A stretch of 64,000 bases of DNA, from positions 10,108,001-10,172,000 of the forward strand of contig CM052818.1 of NCBI GenBank assembly GCA_028534125.1, read 5' to 3'. The notes below the pieces were generated by a model. That model searched no databases and had not been told where the DNA came from. It worked only from the letters and a program-made list of their open reading frames with translations. Positions 29,419 through 41,070 of this stretch are shown one piece after another. This DNA comes from Lama glama. Lineage: Eukaryota. The position numbers and the translations under genes are program-made. Every line of letters starts with the position of its first letter. The stretch's first letter is position 1.

Positions 29419-32400
29419 AGGTATATTAATACCCCTCCCTCACTCCCACTTGACACCTCCTTTTTTCACCACCCCCCTCCTTTTCCCCATGGCCCTCCAG
29501 CCCCACTCCCTGTAGGATTTTTTTCTAGTCCCATGTGACTTAAACAAACAAACAAACAAACAGAAGTAACGGAAGCTAAGAATATATGAGAGTGCTTGTC
29601 ACCAGCACACCTGTTTTTTTTTTCTTTTTCTTTTTTCTTTTTCTTTTTTTCCTTTATGTTCTCACCGTTTGAATGCATGATCTGTATGGGGCAATACTAT
29701 TGCATTTTACGCAAACTTTGAGCCTTTCTCTTGTGCAATAATTTACATGTTGTGTATGTTTTTTTTTTTAAACTTAGACAGCATGTATGGTATGTTATGG
29801 CTATTTTAAATTGTCCCCGATTCGTTGCTGAGAAAACATGTTGCTGTTTCCAGTTCCGTTCTGAGAGAAAAAGAGAGAGAGAGAGAAAAAGACCATGCTG
29901 CATACATTCTGTAATACATATCATGTACAGTTTTCTTTAATAACGTGAGGAGGAAAAACAGTCTTTGGATTAACCCTCTATAGACAGAATGGATGGCACT
30001 GAAAGAAAATCTCTACAAGCTAAATGTCTGTCTCTAAAGGGTTAAGCGTATCAATTGGAGAGGAAGAAAAGGCCTTGAATTGACAAATTAACAGAAAAAC
30101 AAAACAAGTTTATTCTATCATTTGGTTTTAAAATATGAGTGCCTTGGATCTATTAAAACCACATTGATGGTTCTACTTGTTATAAACTTGTAGCTTAATT
30201 CAGCATTGGGTGAGGTAATAAAACTTAGGACCTAGCGTATAATTCTATATTGTGTTTCTCACAACAATGGCTACCTAAAAATATGACCCATTATGTCCTA
30301 GTTAATCATCATTTTCCCTTTCGTTTAATCTTGTAAGCAAAACTGATTATACCAGTATAAAAGCTATTTTGCTCCTGGTGAGAGCTTAAAAGAAATGGGC
30401 TGTTTTGCCCAAAGTTTTATTTTTTTTTAAATGATGATTAAATTGAATGTGCAACGTGCAAAACCCCTGGAACATGATTAATTACATTAGTAAGGAATTC
30501 ATTTTATGAAGATAACTTGTCTTAAATAACATCTTTTGAAAAAAATTCTGGCACCAAAAGAAATAGATCCAGATCTACTTGGTTGTCAAACGGACAATCA
30601 AATGATAAACTTTAAGATCGTATAGCATATTTAAGAGAAGAGACTGACAATAAGGTTTGACCGAGGGTAACAGAGGAAAAAAATATGTGATTTACTAGCA
30701 CAACATGGTACTATTTGCCATTTTAAACTAGAACAGGTGTATAAGCTAATATTGATACAATGATGATTAACTATGAATTCTTAAGACTTGCGTTTAAATG
30801 TGACATTCTTAAAAAAGAGAAAGAATTTTAAGAGTAGCAGTATATATGTCTGTGCTCCCTAAAAGTTGTACTTCATTTCTTTTCCATACACTGTGTGCTA
30901 TTTGTGTTAACATGGAAGAGGATTCATTGTTTTTATTTTATTTTTTTAATTTTTTCTTTTTTATTAAGCTAGCATCTGCCCCAGTTGGTGTTCAAATAGC
31001 ACTTGACTCTGCCTGTAATATCTGTATCTTTTCTCTAATCAGAGATACAGAGGTTGAGTATAAAATAAACCTGCTCAGATAGGACAATTAAGTGCACTGT
31101 ACAATTTTCCCAGTTTACAGGTCTATACTTAAGGGAAAAGTTGCAAGAATGCTGAAAAAAAAATTTGAACACAATCTCACTGATGAGCATTTAAAAAAAA
31201 AAAACTAAAAAAACCTTTGCCAGCCATTTACTTGACTAATACTTACTTGGACTCAACATTGCAAGCGCTGTGAATGGAAAACAGAATACACTTAACATAG
31301 AAATGAATGATTGCTTTCGCTTCTACAGTGCAAGGATTTTTTTGTACAAAACTTTTTTAAATATAAATGTTAAGAAAAAAATTTTTTTAAAAAACACTTC
31401 ATTATGTTTAGGGGGGAACTGCATTTTAGGGTTCCATTGTCTTGGTGGTGTTACAAGACTTGTTATCCATTTTAAAATGGTAGTGGAAATTCTATGCCTT
31501 GGATACACACCGCTCTTCAGGTTGTAAAAAAACATACATTGGGGAAAGGTTTAAGATTATATAGTACTTAAATATAGGAAAATGCACACTCATGTTGATT
31601 CCTATGCTAAAACACATTTATGGTCTTTTTTCTGTATTTCTAGAATGGTATTTGAATTAAATGTTCATCTAGTGTTAGGCACTATAGTATTTATATTGAA
31701 GCTTGTATTTTTAACTGTTGCTTGTTCTCTTAAAAGGTATCAATGTACCTTTTTTGGTAGTGGAAAAAAAAAGACAGGCTGCCACAGTATATTTTTTTAA
31801 TTTGGCAGGATAATATAGTGCAAATTATTTGTATGCTTCAAAAAAAAAAAAGAGAGAGAAACAAAAAAAGTGTGACATTGTACAGATGAGAAGCCATATA
31901 ATGGCAGTTTGGGGGAGCCTGCTAGAATGTCACACGGATGGCTGTCATAGGGGTTGTACATATCCTTTTTCGTTCCTTTTTCCTGCTGCCATACTGTATG
32001 CAGTACTGCAAGCTAATAACGTTGGTTTGTTATGTAGTGTGCTTTTTGTCCCTTTCCTTCTATCACCCTACATTCCAGCATCTTACCTTCATATGCAGTA
32101 AAAGAAAGAAAGAAAAAAAAGGAAAAAAAAAAAAAACACCAATGTTTTGCAGTTTTTTTCATTGCCAAAAACTAAATGGTGCTTTATATTTAGATTGGAA
32201 AGAATTTCATATGCAAAGCATATTAAAGAGAAAGCCCGCTTTAGTCAATACTTTTTTGTAAATGGCAATGCAGAATATTTTGTTATTGGCCTTTTCTATT
32301 CCTGTAATGAAAGCTGTTTGTCGTAACTTGAAATTTTATCTTTTACTATGGGAGTCACTATTTATTATTGCTTATGTGCCCTGTTCAAAACAGAGGCACT

Positions 32401-32615
32401 TAATTTGATCTTTTATTTTTCTTTGTTTTTATTTTTTTTTATTTGGATGACCAAAGGTCATTACAACCTGGCTTTTTATTGTATTTGTTTCTGGTCTTTG
32501 TTAAGTTCTATTGGAAAAACCACTGTCTGTGTTTTTTTGGCAGTTGTCTGCATTAACCTGTTCATACACCCATTTTGTCCCTTTATTGAAAAAAATAAAA
32601 AAAATTAAAGTACAC
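29419..32615 (+). other. BCL11A: BCL11A-XL 3'UTR (about 3.2 kb, AT-rich)
   Basis: Follows the XL stop, contains no recognisable interspersed repeats, and ends at the AATAAA/ATTAAA pair with a downstream U/GU-rich stretch. Confidence 0.8.
32594..32609 (+). terminator. Polyadenylation signals for the XL mRNA (AATAAA 32594-32599, ATTAAA 32604-32609)
   Basis: Hexamers read directly, followed by tacacaatgtaagcttcttgtgtc. Confidence 0.75.
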
Positions 32616-35600
32616 AATGTAAGCTTCTTGTGTCCTCATTTGACACACTCTGTAAATTACTTTCAAGAAAATAACAGGTTTTAAGAGAAGGCCAGTCAGT
32701 CTTTTTGAGGATTATTTCTATGGGCATTTTGATGCGTGTATTATACCTAAAGGAACATAAAGTATGTAGTATATTAAAATAGACATATCTCAAATCATGG
32801 AAATAGTTTTTAGACTTTATAGTTCTAGAATAATTTTCAAGAAATGGAAAGTGTTTTCAGTCCGATGTTAAAAACTTTCCCTCCATCTCTTAGCAGTAAT
32901 CCATTCAGTTACAAATGAAAAGCTTACTGGTAATAGCATCTTAAACTTTTATTCCCTTTGGATTTTTTGCTGTTCTTGTTGTGTAAAAGTTCTTTTCTGT
33001 TCTCCCATCCCTACCCTATCTTAGAACATAATGCAAAAAAGTTTTTTTTTCTAAATCAGCTGTTTTGTTTCAGAGTGAGTCTTTCCTCATCCCAAAAATA
33101 ACCACCCCCCTCCCCATCCCCACCATCCAAAAATCCAGAAATGAAAGCATTAGGCAAAAGAGAGAGAGAGAAAAAAAAAGGGGGGGGGGGAGAAAGCAGG
33201 AGTTTAGCCAGATATGGCCAAATCTGTGGAATCAGCCACTGATTTCCTGAGATACATGGTGGTTTGCTCTGTGATTCTGAGATCCTAAGGACCCTAGATG
33301 TGACGAATCTTTTAAGTGTTTTTATAGGATCTAACTCGCTGATAGCAAATGAGGGTGGGGGTACCCTTCAGTTATCTTTGGGCCAACCAACAGATGTGTG
33401 AAATGAAGCAACGTCTTTGAGAAGCTAGTTAGGTCTGTTTTTAAAAAAACCCTCCTTAGAAATCTGTGTTGTCAGTTTTATAAATACTGCATGTTGCAGC
33501 ATCTATTTGCTTTATCACATACCTCTGTGATACTGTCTCCCTGTTTCCAGTGTAGGTGAGTGGATACGACATTGTTCTTATTTTTGTAAAAACCAAAACA
33601 AAAGCCATTCTGTTGTCTTGTGGTAGCATTTCTGTTGCTCAGTTCTTATGCCCTGGTGCCTTGTGAGGTGGCCTTTTCACAGAATGTCTTATCTGAGGCA
33701 AGAATAGTTTTATCATTCTAAAATATAGAGAAAGTAGGTGTATTTTTTTAAAGCCCATTTGGGTGGGAGGCAGAGTGGAGGCAGACAGGAATTCAGTAAG
33801 AGAGGATTTGGGAGAGCATTGTACAGGAGCTGGGATGGAATGAGGGGGCACTTGCAGAAACTGATAATTGGCAGTGGAGTGAGAGGGGATATATGTTTTA
33901 GATGAGGTTACTTCACAGATGAGTCCAGGATGCTGTTTAAGAGAGAAATATTCTTCAGTGGCCAGGCCGGTTTTGGACATAGTGACTTCTGCTCAACCAT
34001 ATTAAATGTCCATAAAACCGCTGTGTGTTCCTATTCCTCTTTTCTTAGGAAGAATGAGTACAACTGTGCAGGTTTTATGTACAGTATTCATTTTAATTTC
34101 TCAGTATATGATGCTCTTAGTGTAATTAGGTTTTGCATCCCGACAGAGAGAATTAATAGTGGATACTGTATGCTTGTATGCTCAGATTCCTTAAATCAAA
34201 TGGAGAATGGGGAGGGGTGCAAACATTTGGTGATAAATCACAGATTAGGTTTGATTTACATGGTCCCAAAGTTAAATAAATTTATTGGGAGACAGGTACT
34301 TCAGGGTTCTCAGTCTCCTGACTTACTGAAGCCCTCTTATAAAATATTATTCCTGAGGCTGCGTGCACAACAGAAGCTTGAAAACTTAGGCAACAAGAAT
34401 ATAACTTATAAATGACATCTTGTATCTGAATCCTAAAATTAAAAATCTTAATGTAAAATAACAAAAAAAAATTTTGAACAGTAGGATGAATTCATGATGA
34501 AGCTTTAAAATAAGGAAATACTAAGGGCACGAACACATTTCAAAATTCTCAAGTTTATGGGACACCCCTGAATGCAATGGTCTCTACATACTTGAACTCC
34601 CGATGCCTAAAATGTTCCCTTTTATCTTCAAGAACAATTTAATAAACAGGAATACAGTCATACCATTTCTTACAGATGTTAACCCAGAACCTCTCCAGTA
34701 CATGTACTACCTTCATCCTGAGACCATTTACTATCCTCTCTCTGTTAAGGACGTACAAAAGGACTGAGACTAACACATTTTAATGGTTGCTAAGAAGTGA
34801 GGTGAATGCTTGGTTCTTCCTTTGTACCAGCAATGGCAGGAAGTGTGAAGTAGTTGAGTTTTTCCCAGGGCATTCTGTGATGGAACTGTTTATTTAAATA
34901 CCATTCTTGTATATGCAATAAGTACATACTGTATATATTTATAATGCTTGAAGTGAGAACTTGAAAGGAAGTGGCAGTGGGGGTTAGATATCATTTCATT
35001 TGGAGAAATAAGGAAATGAGATGGTTTATTCACAGACACTAAAAGTTTGTTAAAAGGTACTGGGATATTTCAGGCCTTCCTGAAAAGGAGTTGAGAAGCC
35101 TCAGGCCCCATCCTGTCCTGCTTCAAACACTTTACTCTCAGAGAGTGAGGGAGGAAATACAGCATTTTCATTTTCTTTAAAACCCTCGCCTGTTCCACAC
35201 ATACACAAACATGGTTTCTTAGGACTGTTGTAATCGTGTGTTTTTCATTATGATTCTGTTACTCCATTGTCCCTGGGCCTGGTGTTCAAGAATGTACACA
35301 TTCCTATGCTCTTTTTTTCAGACAACTACCCACTAAAAAAAAAAAAAATGTGGAATTTTGCTGGTATGAGGATGAGATTGGCAGTGCTCTTTAAACCTGC
35401 TTGGAAAAATGTTGTTTTAAAAAGACTGTTAACTTTTAAAAGGCATTAGACACTTAGCAAATTTTCCTAAGTGTCTCCTAAGGCCCTGCAACTTTCCCAA
35501 TTAGGAATAAATAAAGCCATTTTCAGAGACATGGACATCAGAACACATAGACGGAATTGGGATTATGTGCGTTTATTCCAGGGTCGCTTTAACTACAAAT

Positions 35601-36315
35601 TGTAGACATGGGTGGTTGGGTCTGCACTTTGGCTTGCTGTCGTCTTGTTATCCCAGTAGCCCGCTGTTTCATTTAGTAAAACACATGGCCAGTGAATCAG
35701 CCTTTAGGGGGATGGGTCTATTTCTCTCTCTCTCTCTGTTTCCCAGTGTCATCCATGATCATGGGGTGCGATTAATGCCTCCTTACAAATGGGAAAGGAG
35801 ACCTGTATTGTTCATGTGGGTCGTTGTACTCAAGAACCTAAACTTGGCCGAACACAACTCCATGGTTGATCCAAATACTGTTTTTCCTTTCTGTAAAGTG
35901 ATAAAGGGAGCAGTTATCACGTCTTTACGAGCTGGCAGAAAAGGGAAATTAAGCCATTTCCCCAAAGTCTGTCCTCTAAAGCAGGACCCACCCCCCTCAA
36001 CCCATAGAGGGCTGTGCTTTTAAATAACGATGGACGTGGTACACGCCCATGCTAACTATACTTTATTAGGGCTTTAAACATTGGTAGCAGGTCTAACAAA
36101 GGGGCTTGATGGAGGTTTCAGCTAAAGGGGCCTCAACGACAGTGACTTAGCGCTGGGCCGGAATGGGATTCCCCAGAGCCCACCTGGACACAGCAGGGCC
36201 CTCAGCCCAGGTCTCCCCTGCTCAGGGGGGGAGTCGAGAGAGCAGCTGAGCTCCAGACCCTGGGCCTCCTGCAGCGCCAAGTCAGGGGCGAGGAGGCCCC
36301 AGGCCCCTGCTTCGG

Positions 36316-36329
36316 GTCGCCATGGCAAC
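36316..36329. promoter_or_regulatory. RFX X-box-like palindrome GTCGCCATGGCAAC
   Basis: One mismatch from the perfect GTTGCCATGGCAAC X-box, inside a locally GC-rich patch. Confidence 0.5.
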
Positions 36330-37102
36330 GAGGCCTGGAATGCCACAGTGGTAGCCCTCTTCCTCTGCACGTCCGGACTCCCAGTTCTGCTGCTTCAAGT
36401 CAATGTGCACAGCAAGGGAGGAGCCCCGGAGGAAAATAACCACTCCCTTCTTCCCTTCACCACTGCCTTGCCCCCTTACAAAAGAGAAAAAAAGAAAAGA
36501 AAACTGCATGTCTGAAAGAAACTACAGGCAGTTTTTGGTGCCATTTGGGAGCAACTATTTTGAGTTCTGGTTTCCTCTTCAGAGATTTGTTCGCCTCTTG
36601 TAAATCGTTGGCTGCTTTGACGTTGAACTTGATGACATTTCATGTTTTCGTTGTGCTGCTTTTACATCAATTTTGATTTTTTTGTTTCTTTATAGTTTTG
36701 TTATTATTTTAAGGAAATGTCCCCCTTCCCTCCTCCCTCCCCTGTTCTCCTCAACCAAAGGACTGTTTCCTACTCAGTTTTCTCAGTCATAAGGGAAAGT
36801 GTTTCCTTCCAGGTGTGTCCCCAGCTTATTAGGACTATCCTATGATGGGTCGGGGAGGGGGTCTGGGTCCTTTGGGGGAAGGCAGGGAGGGAGGGAGGCA
36901 TGGGAAAGGCACTCAGAAGTCAGAGATTTGGGGGAGGGGGGAGATTGAGTTTGAAATCGTGTTTAAGATGCCGGTGGCTCAACCTGTGCTTGCTTTTAAT
37001 TACAATTTTAAGAAGCTAGTTAGAGAACAGAAAAATCACTGGGCCAAGTCACACCTGTACTTTTTTTTTTCCCCTCCTCCTCTGTCTCCAACCTCTTTCT
37101 AG

Positions 37103-37194
37103 GTTCTTCACACACCCCCATTCGGCGTAGTACCCAGAGAGCTCAAGATGTGTGGCAGTTTTCGGATGGAAGCTCGAGAGCCCTTAAGTTCTGA
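37103..37194 (+). CDS. BCL11A: BCL11A exon 5, L-isoform frame ((C)SSHTPIRRSTQRAQDVWQFSDGSSRALKF*)
   Basis: Long pyrimidine tract and acceptor ttctAG at 37101-37102. Joined to the donor after 29140 it gives T|GT TCT TCA... and ends at TGA 37192-37194, matching the recalled L tail. Confidence 0.92.
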
Positions 37195-37204
37195 GAAAAT
37201 TTGA
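37103..37204 (+). CDS. BCL11A: BCL11A exon 5, S-isoform frame (VLHTPPFGVVPRELKMCGSFRMEAREPLSSEKI*)
   Basis: Same acceptor joined to the phase-0 donor after 27540. Ends at TGA 37202-37204, matching the recalled S tail. Confidence 0.9.
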   Translation, partial: VLHTPPFGVVPRELKMCGSFRMEAREPLSSEKI

Positions 37205-37377
37205 AGCCCCCAGGGGCGGGGTGGATGCGTGCCGCCCAGCCGACATCTGCGTGGTCTGTCATCCTGCTAGTTTGTGATGTTTTCTGACAGTAGCCTCCAA
37301 GAAGCCGTTGTGCGAAGACAGAGTCCTGCAGAGTCCTTCCTGCCCGGGCCTGCAGTGCCATTTTATTTATATTTTTT

Positions 37378-38450
37378 AATAAAAAGCAAAAACAAAAAAA
37401 CAGACCCACACTGGAACCGTGAATCAGTCCCATATAGAGGGCCCGTGGACCATTACTGCCCCGAGTGCCGTCCTGGCCCTGCTGAGACCAGCCAAACCTA
37501 ATTCCCCGTATTGTGGAAATGAGCATGAGTCCCCCAAACCCCTTGTTTCTATACATTCTATGTTGTCTTTTAAAAAGTGTGCTTAACATTGACACAATAA
37601 ATGTTGGAGCTTTAGGTGGTGTTTGCTTGTTCTTTAATTATTAATGCTGATGAGACAATGCCACTGCTTAGGACTGTATTTCTGTACCTGTTTCCTGCAG
37701 ACACCCATCGGGTGGGAGGGAGGAACAGATTTAAGGAATGAGTAGGAGGTGTAAGAGGAGAAATAGGTTACTGCTTATCAGATGGCATAAATTTTCAAGG
37801 AGAATCAAAATGCAAAACTTGGGAATAAATCATAGCAATATCATAATTAATGTAGTAGTAGTGTTGCTGTTTATTAATGCTGAAGTGTGGTTTCCCTAAC
37901 TGTCTGACTTATAATTTGCATACCATTAAATAATGCATAATATGGCACGCTGAATTCTGTTTTTCAAATATATGCTTTTGGTGGCTACCATACAGGATTT
38001 GAATTTGTCTTTTAATTTAGCCCAAGAAAGATAATGTCACTGGGTTAGTGATAGATCCCAGAGAAGGTGATAAACGTCAGTAGTTGCTTATTAAATATTC
38101 TAATTTTAGGTTCCCAAAACTTTAGCAAATATATCTGAATGTAGACAACCAAACAAACATAAACCTTCTTTATTACTCATATCAGGAAATTTGGGACAGA
38201 TTTTATAAGGGGAAAAAGTATAGGAGGAAAGAAGTTCATATCAGAACACACTATCATAATCATAACAGTGCCCCATTCCTTGGAAATTAGTGACACAAAT
38301 AAGTTAGGTCTACAAACTAGTGATAAAAATTCCTTCTGGCCCAGTTAATTTGCAAGGAACTTTTCTCAGTTTGGTGTTTTCTATTGCCTGGAGATCCAGA
38401 AGAGAACTGGAAACAATATAGCATATTAAAATAGGTTTATAAATAATAAA
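37378..38450 (+). terminator. Candidate tandem poly(A) signals of the exon-5 UTR (AATAAA at 37378, 37596, 38445)
   Basis: Hexamers read directly. The one at 37596 is followed by GU-rich ggtggtgtttgcttgttcttt. Confidence 0.55.
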
Positions 38451-38629
38451 ACTCAGACACCTGTGTATTACAGATTTACATACTGGCTGTGAACATAAGT
38501 GGGGAAAATCTTACCCACTCACCCTCTGGCTAGATTTACCTAGCCTAGTGAGAAGACAGCAAAATAATTGGCATCTGGATTCTTTCCTGCTTGTTCATCG
38601 TAATTAATGACTCCTCACAGTCGTGTGCT

Positions 38630-38790
38630 GCCTTACAGTTTATACAGTAGCTTTCATGTGCATTATTTCATCTGATCCTCACTGGGACAGATCTCAAGAC
38701 TTCCACTTTGTGGATGAGGAGACTGAGGCTCACCAAGGTTAAAGGCTTGCCCAAGGCCATATCAGTGAGGAGAGCAAAGAAGCAAGGCGT
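38630..38790 (-). mobile_element. MIR SINE
   Basis: ccactttgtggatgaggagactgaggctcaccaaggttaaaggcttgcccaaggccat. Confidence 0.7.
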
Positions 38791-40899
38791 TCGGGTGCCT
38801 TACTGGTCAAAGGGAGTGTCTCTCCCTATGGCAGCACGCAAGCCACAGTTGTTCGTGAACACACACATGTATGGCTCCCAGACATAGATCGAGGATGCCC
38901 ACTGTTAGTAAGGGCACACAGTGTCTCTTCCTACCAACAGCTGTGCACACTGCAGGAGGGAACTTGGAGTAAGCATCCCTTCTTGTCATCTCCTTTCCCC
39001 TATGGCTTTTCTGTGACAAATAACCCTGATTGACTAGGTGACCTGGTGAGTTCTGGGGACCTCCTCTCACCTAGGTGAGATGGGACCTCCAGACAAGGAT
39101 TATTTCTTGGAGGAACCCTCCCAGCCCCGTGCTCTGCCTCTGTGCTACTGAAACCTAAAACCATTAGTGATTCTGTGACAGCATCCTCCCTGAACGTGCT
39201 AAGTTCCTTGCTAATACCTAGAAAGAGTGACTGTGCTTCAAAAGGGAGGCCCAACTGAAACAGAACAAACAGTCCTGCGTTTTGGAATGACTTCAGCCTT
39301 GGTGTTCATTACACTTTTGTTTCTTGTCTGTGTATCCACCTCCATGTTTTATTTCTTCTTGGAGTCAGTTTGTGAATAAATGGATATCTCTAAAAGTGGG
39401 ATTTTTGGGGCAGTTGGGAAAGAGAGAAGAAGTGAGTAAAGGGCGTCTTTTTCCTCTCCCTTTTGGAGAAAAAAGATCCTTCATTGAAACAAACAAACAA
39501 GTAAAAAACAACAAAAAAAAACCCCAAACATATCTTCCCCATACAATTTTTAGTTGAGAGAAAATAAAAATTCATTTATGAAATTCATTATGAAATGATG
39601 GTGTTATGCTAGGGCTAGAAGTTTTGAAAACCCATGCAAGATTGATGAATTGGGTCAACATCTCCCTGTGTGATATGTCAAGGTCGTGGTTGTCCGTGAA
39701 TGGTGGAAGCAGCAGAAGGGACTGACAAATCTGACTGGGGTCCTCAGTGCGCCCTCTCCAGAAAGTGAAACTTTAAGTTGCAGAGAGATTAATTGGTTGC
39801 CCAGCATGCACCGAGCTTGGATTAGAGGACAGTCCTGGGTACTCAGAGGGTAGGGACCAAATATGGGACATTGTTCCTACCCTCCCAAGCCTGGTCTATG
39901 AACATTTATTTTGTGGTCTGTCCAGATTGTCACACTGAACAGAAAGATCTGTTAGATGTCTGGGTCCATGATTTCTGAGATTCAGATGCTCCTACAGCAC
40001 TCAGCACCTGGTCTATTGAATATTGGTGGTGCTGGAGAAATAAACATATCAAAACCAGTGGGAAAGAAAAATCTTAGGCAAGGAGAGCAAACATGGATCC
40101 TACCGTGGCCAAATTGAGTGCCCCAAACCTTGGCAGAATGCTTCCTGGGCACTTCTGCTTGGAGTTTTCAAGAGTGTTTTATTAGAGTGGTAAGGAACAT
40201 CTTTCAAGTTTTGTGTATGCTGACATCATTTCCTTTTTTTTTTTTGAGGGCTAGATAGTGAGGTTAATGTTAAAGATGATTATTTATATTAGCGCATTTT
40301 CCCCCAGTGTTAATGTTTATTGCTATGAAGAATTCTTATTTTAGAGATCAGCGTCCTCAGAAAGTAGCTGTCAGAACTGAAGTTTTTTGTAGGTTGTTGT
40401 CTCTCTTCTTACATGCCACATAGCTTTGGCTCCTTTTAGGGTATCAGGCGAGGGAAGAGATTTGAGGAATTAACATATTGGTTGTGAAGTCAGTATGAAA
40501 TTCAATTAGAAGTTCAAAAACAAGGAATGCTGCAAGCACACCTTCCTTCTTCAAGGATCCACCCTGAATTCTCAACCAATGGACAAGTAATAATGTTATG
40601 TTCCTTTTCTTTGATTCCCTAGCAGAGACAGCACTTTTCAGTTTGCAGTCCCCCAGGGTTACAGTAAGCCAAAGAACATCTCAATTCCTGCAAAATCTGG
40701 AAACGTTCTTTCCCTTTCTATCTTAGTGTAAATTAAGATACCTATTGTTAAATCACATTATCTTTCCCCTTGCTTTACATCTTAAAAAGTGCTCCCAGGA
40801 AATACTTAAGGTTTATAGAGCACTTTTATAGATGTGATAGAATCAATTTTCCTAGTGATTCTAGAATCTAGGCAGGACAAGAACAGACGACAGCTTGAA

Positions 40900-41070
40900 A
40901 GGAACCACAGCAATTATTTATTTTACAGGTCGGGGCAACAGAGGCCCAAAGATTACGTGCAGGACCTAAGATCACACAGCTTGAAAAAAAAGCGCGAGCC
41001 AAGCTCGAAACCACACAGTTAGTGGCTGAGCCAGAATTGGAACCCAAGCCTCCAGCTCCTTTGCAAAGGA
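40900..41070 (-). mobile_element. MIR SINE (diverged)
   Basis: attttacaggtcggggcaacagaggccca...cacacagttagtggctgagccagaattggaaccca. Confidence 0.55.

Noticed and set aside
36126..36515. 129-codon stop-free + strand frame without ATG between exon 4 and exon 5
   Set aside because: The nearby AG lacks a pyrimidine tract and would need a phase-2 donor, which none of the BCL11A donors supplies. Such a run is plausible by chance in GC-rich DNA.
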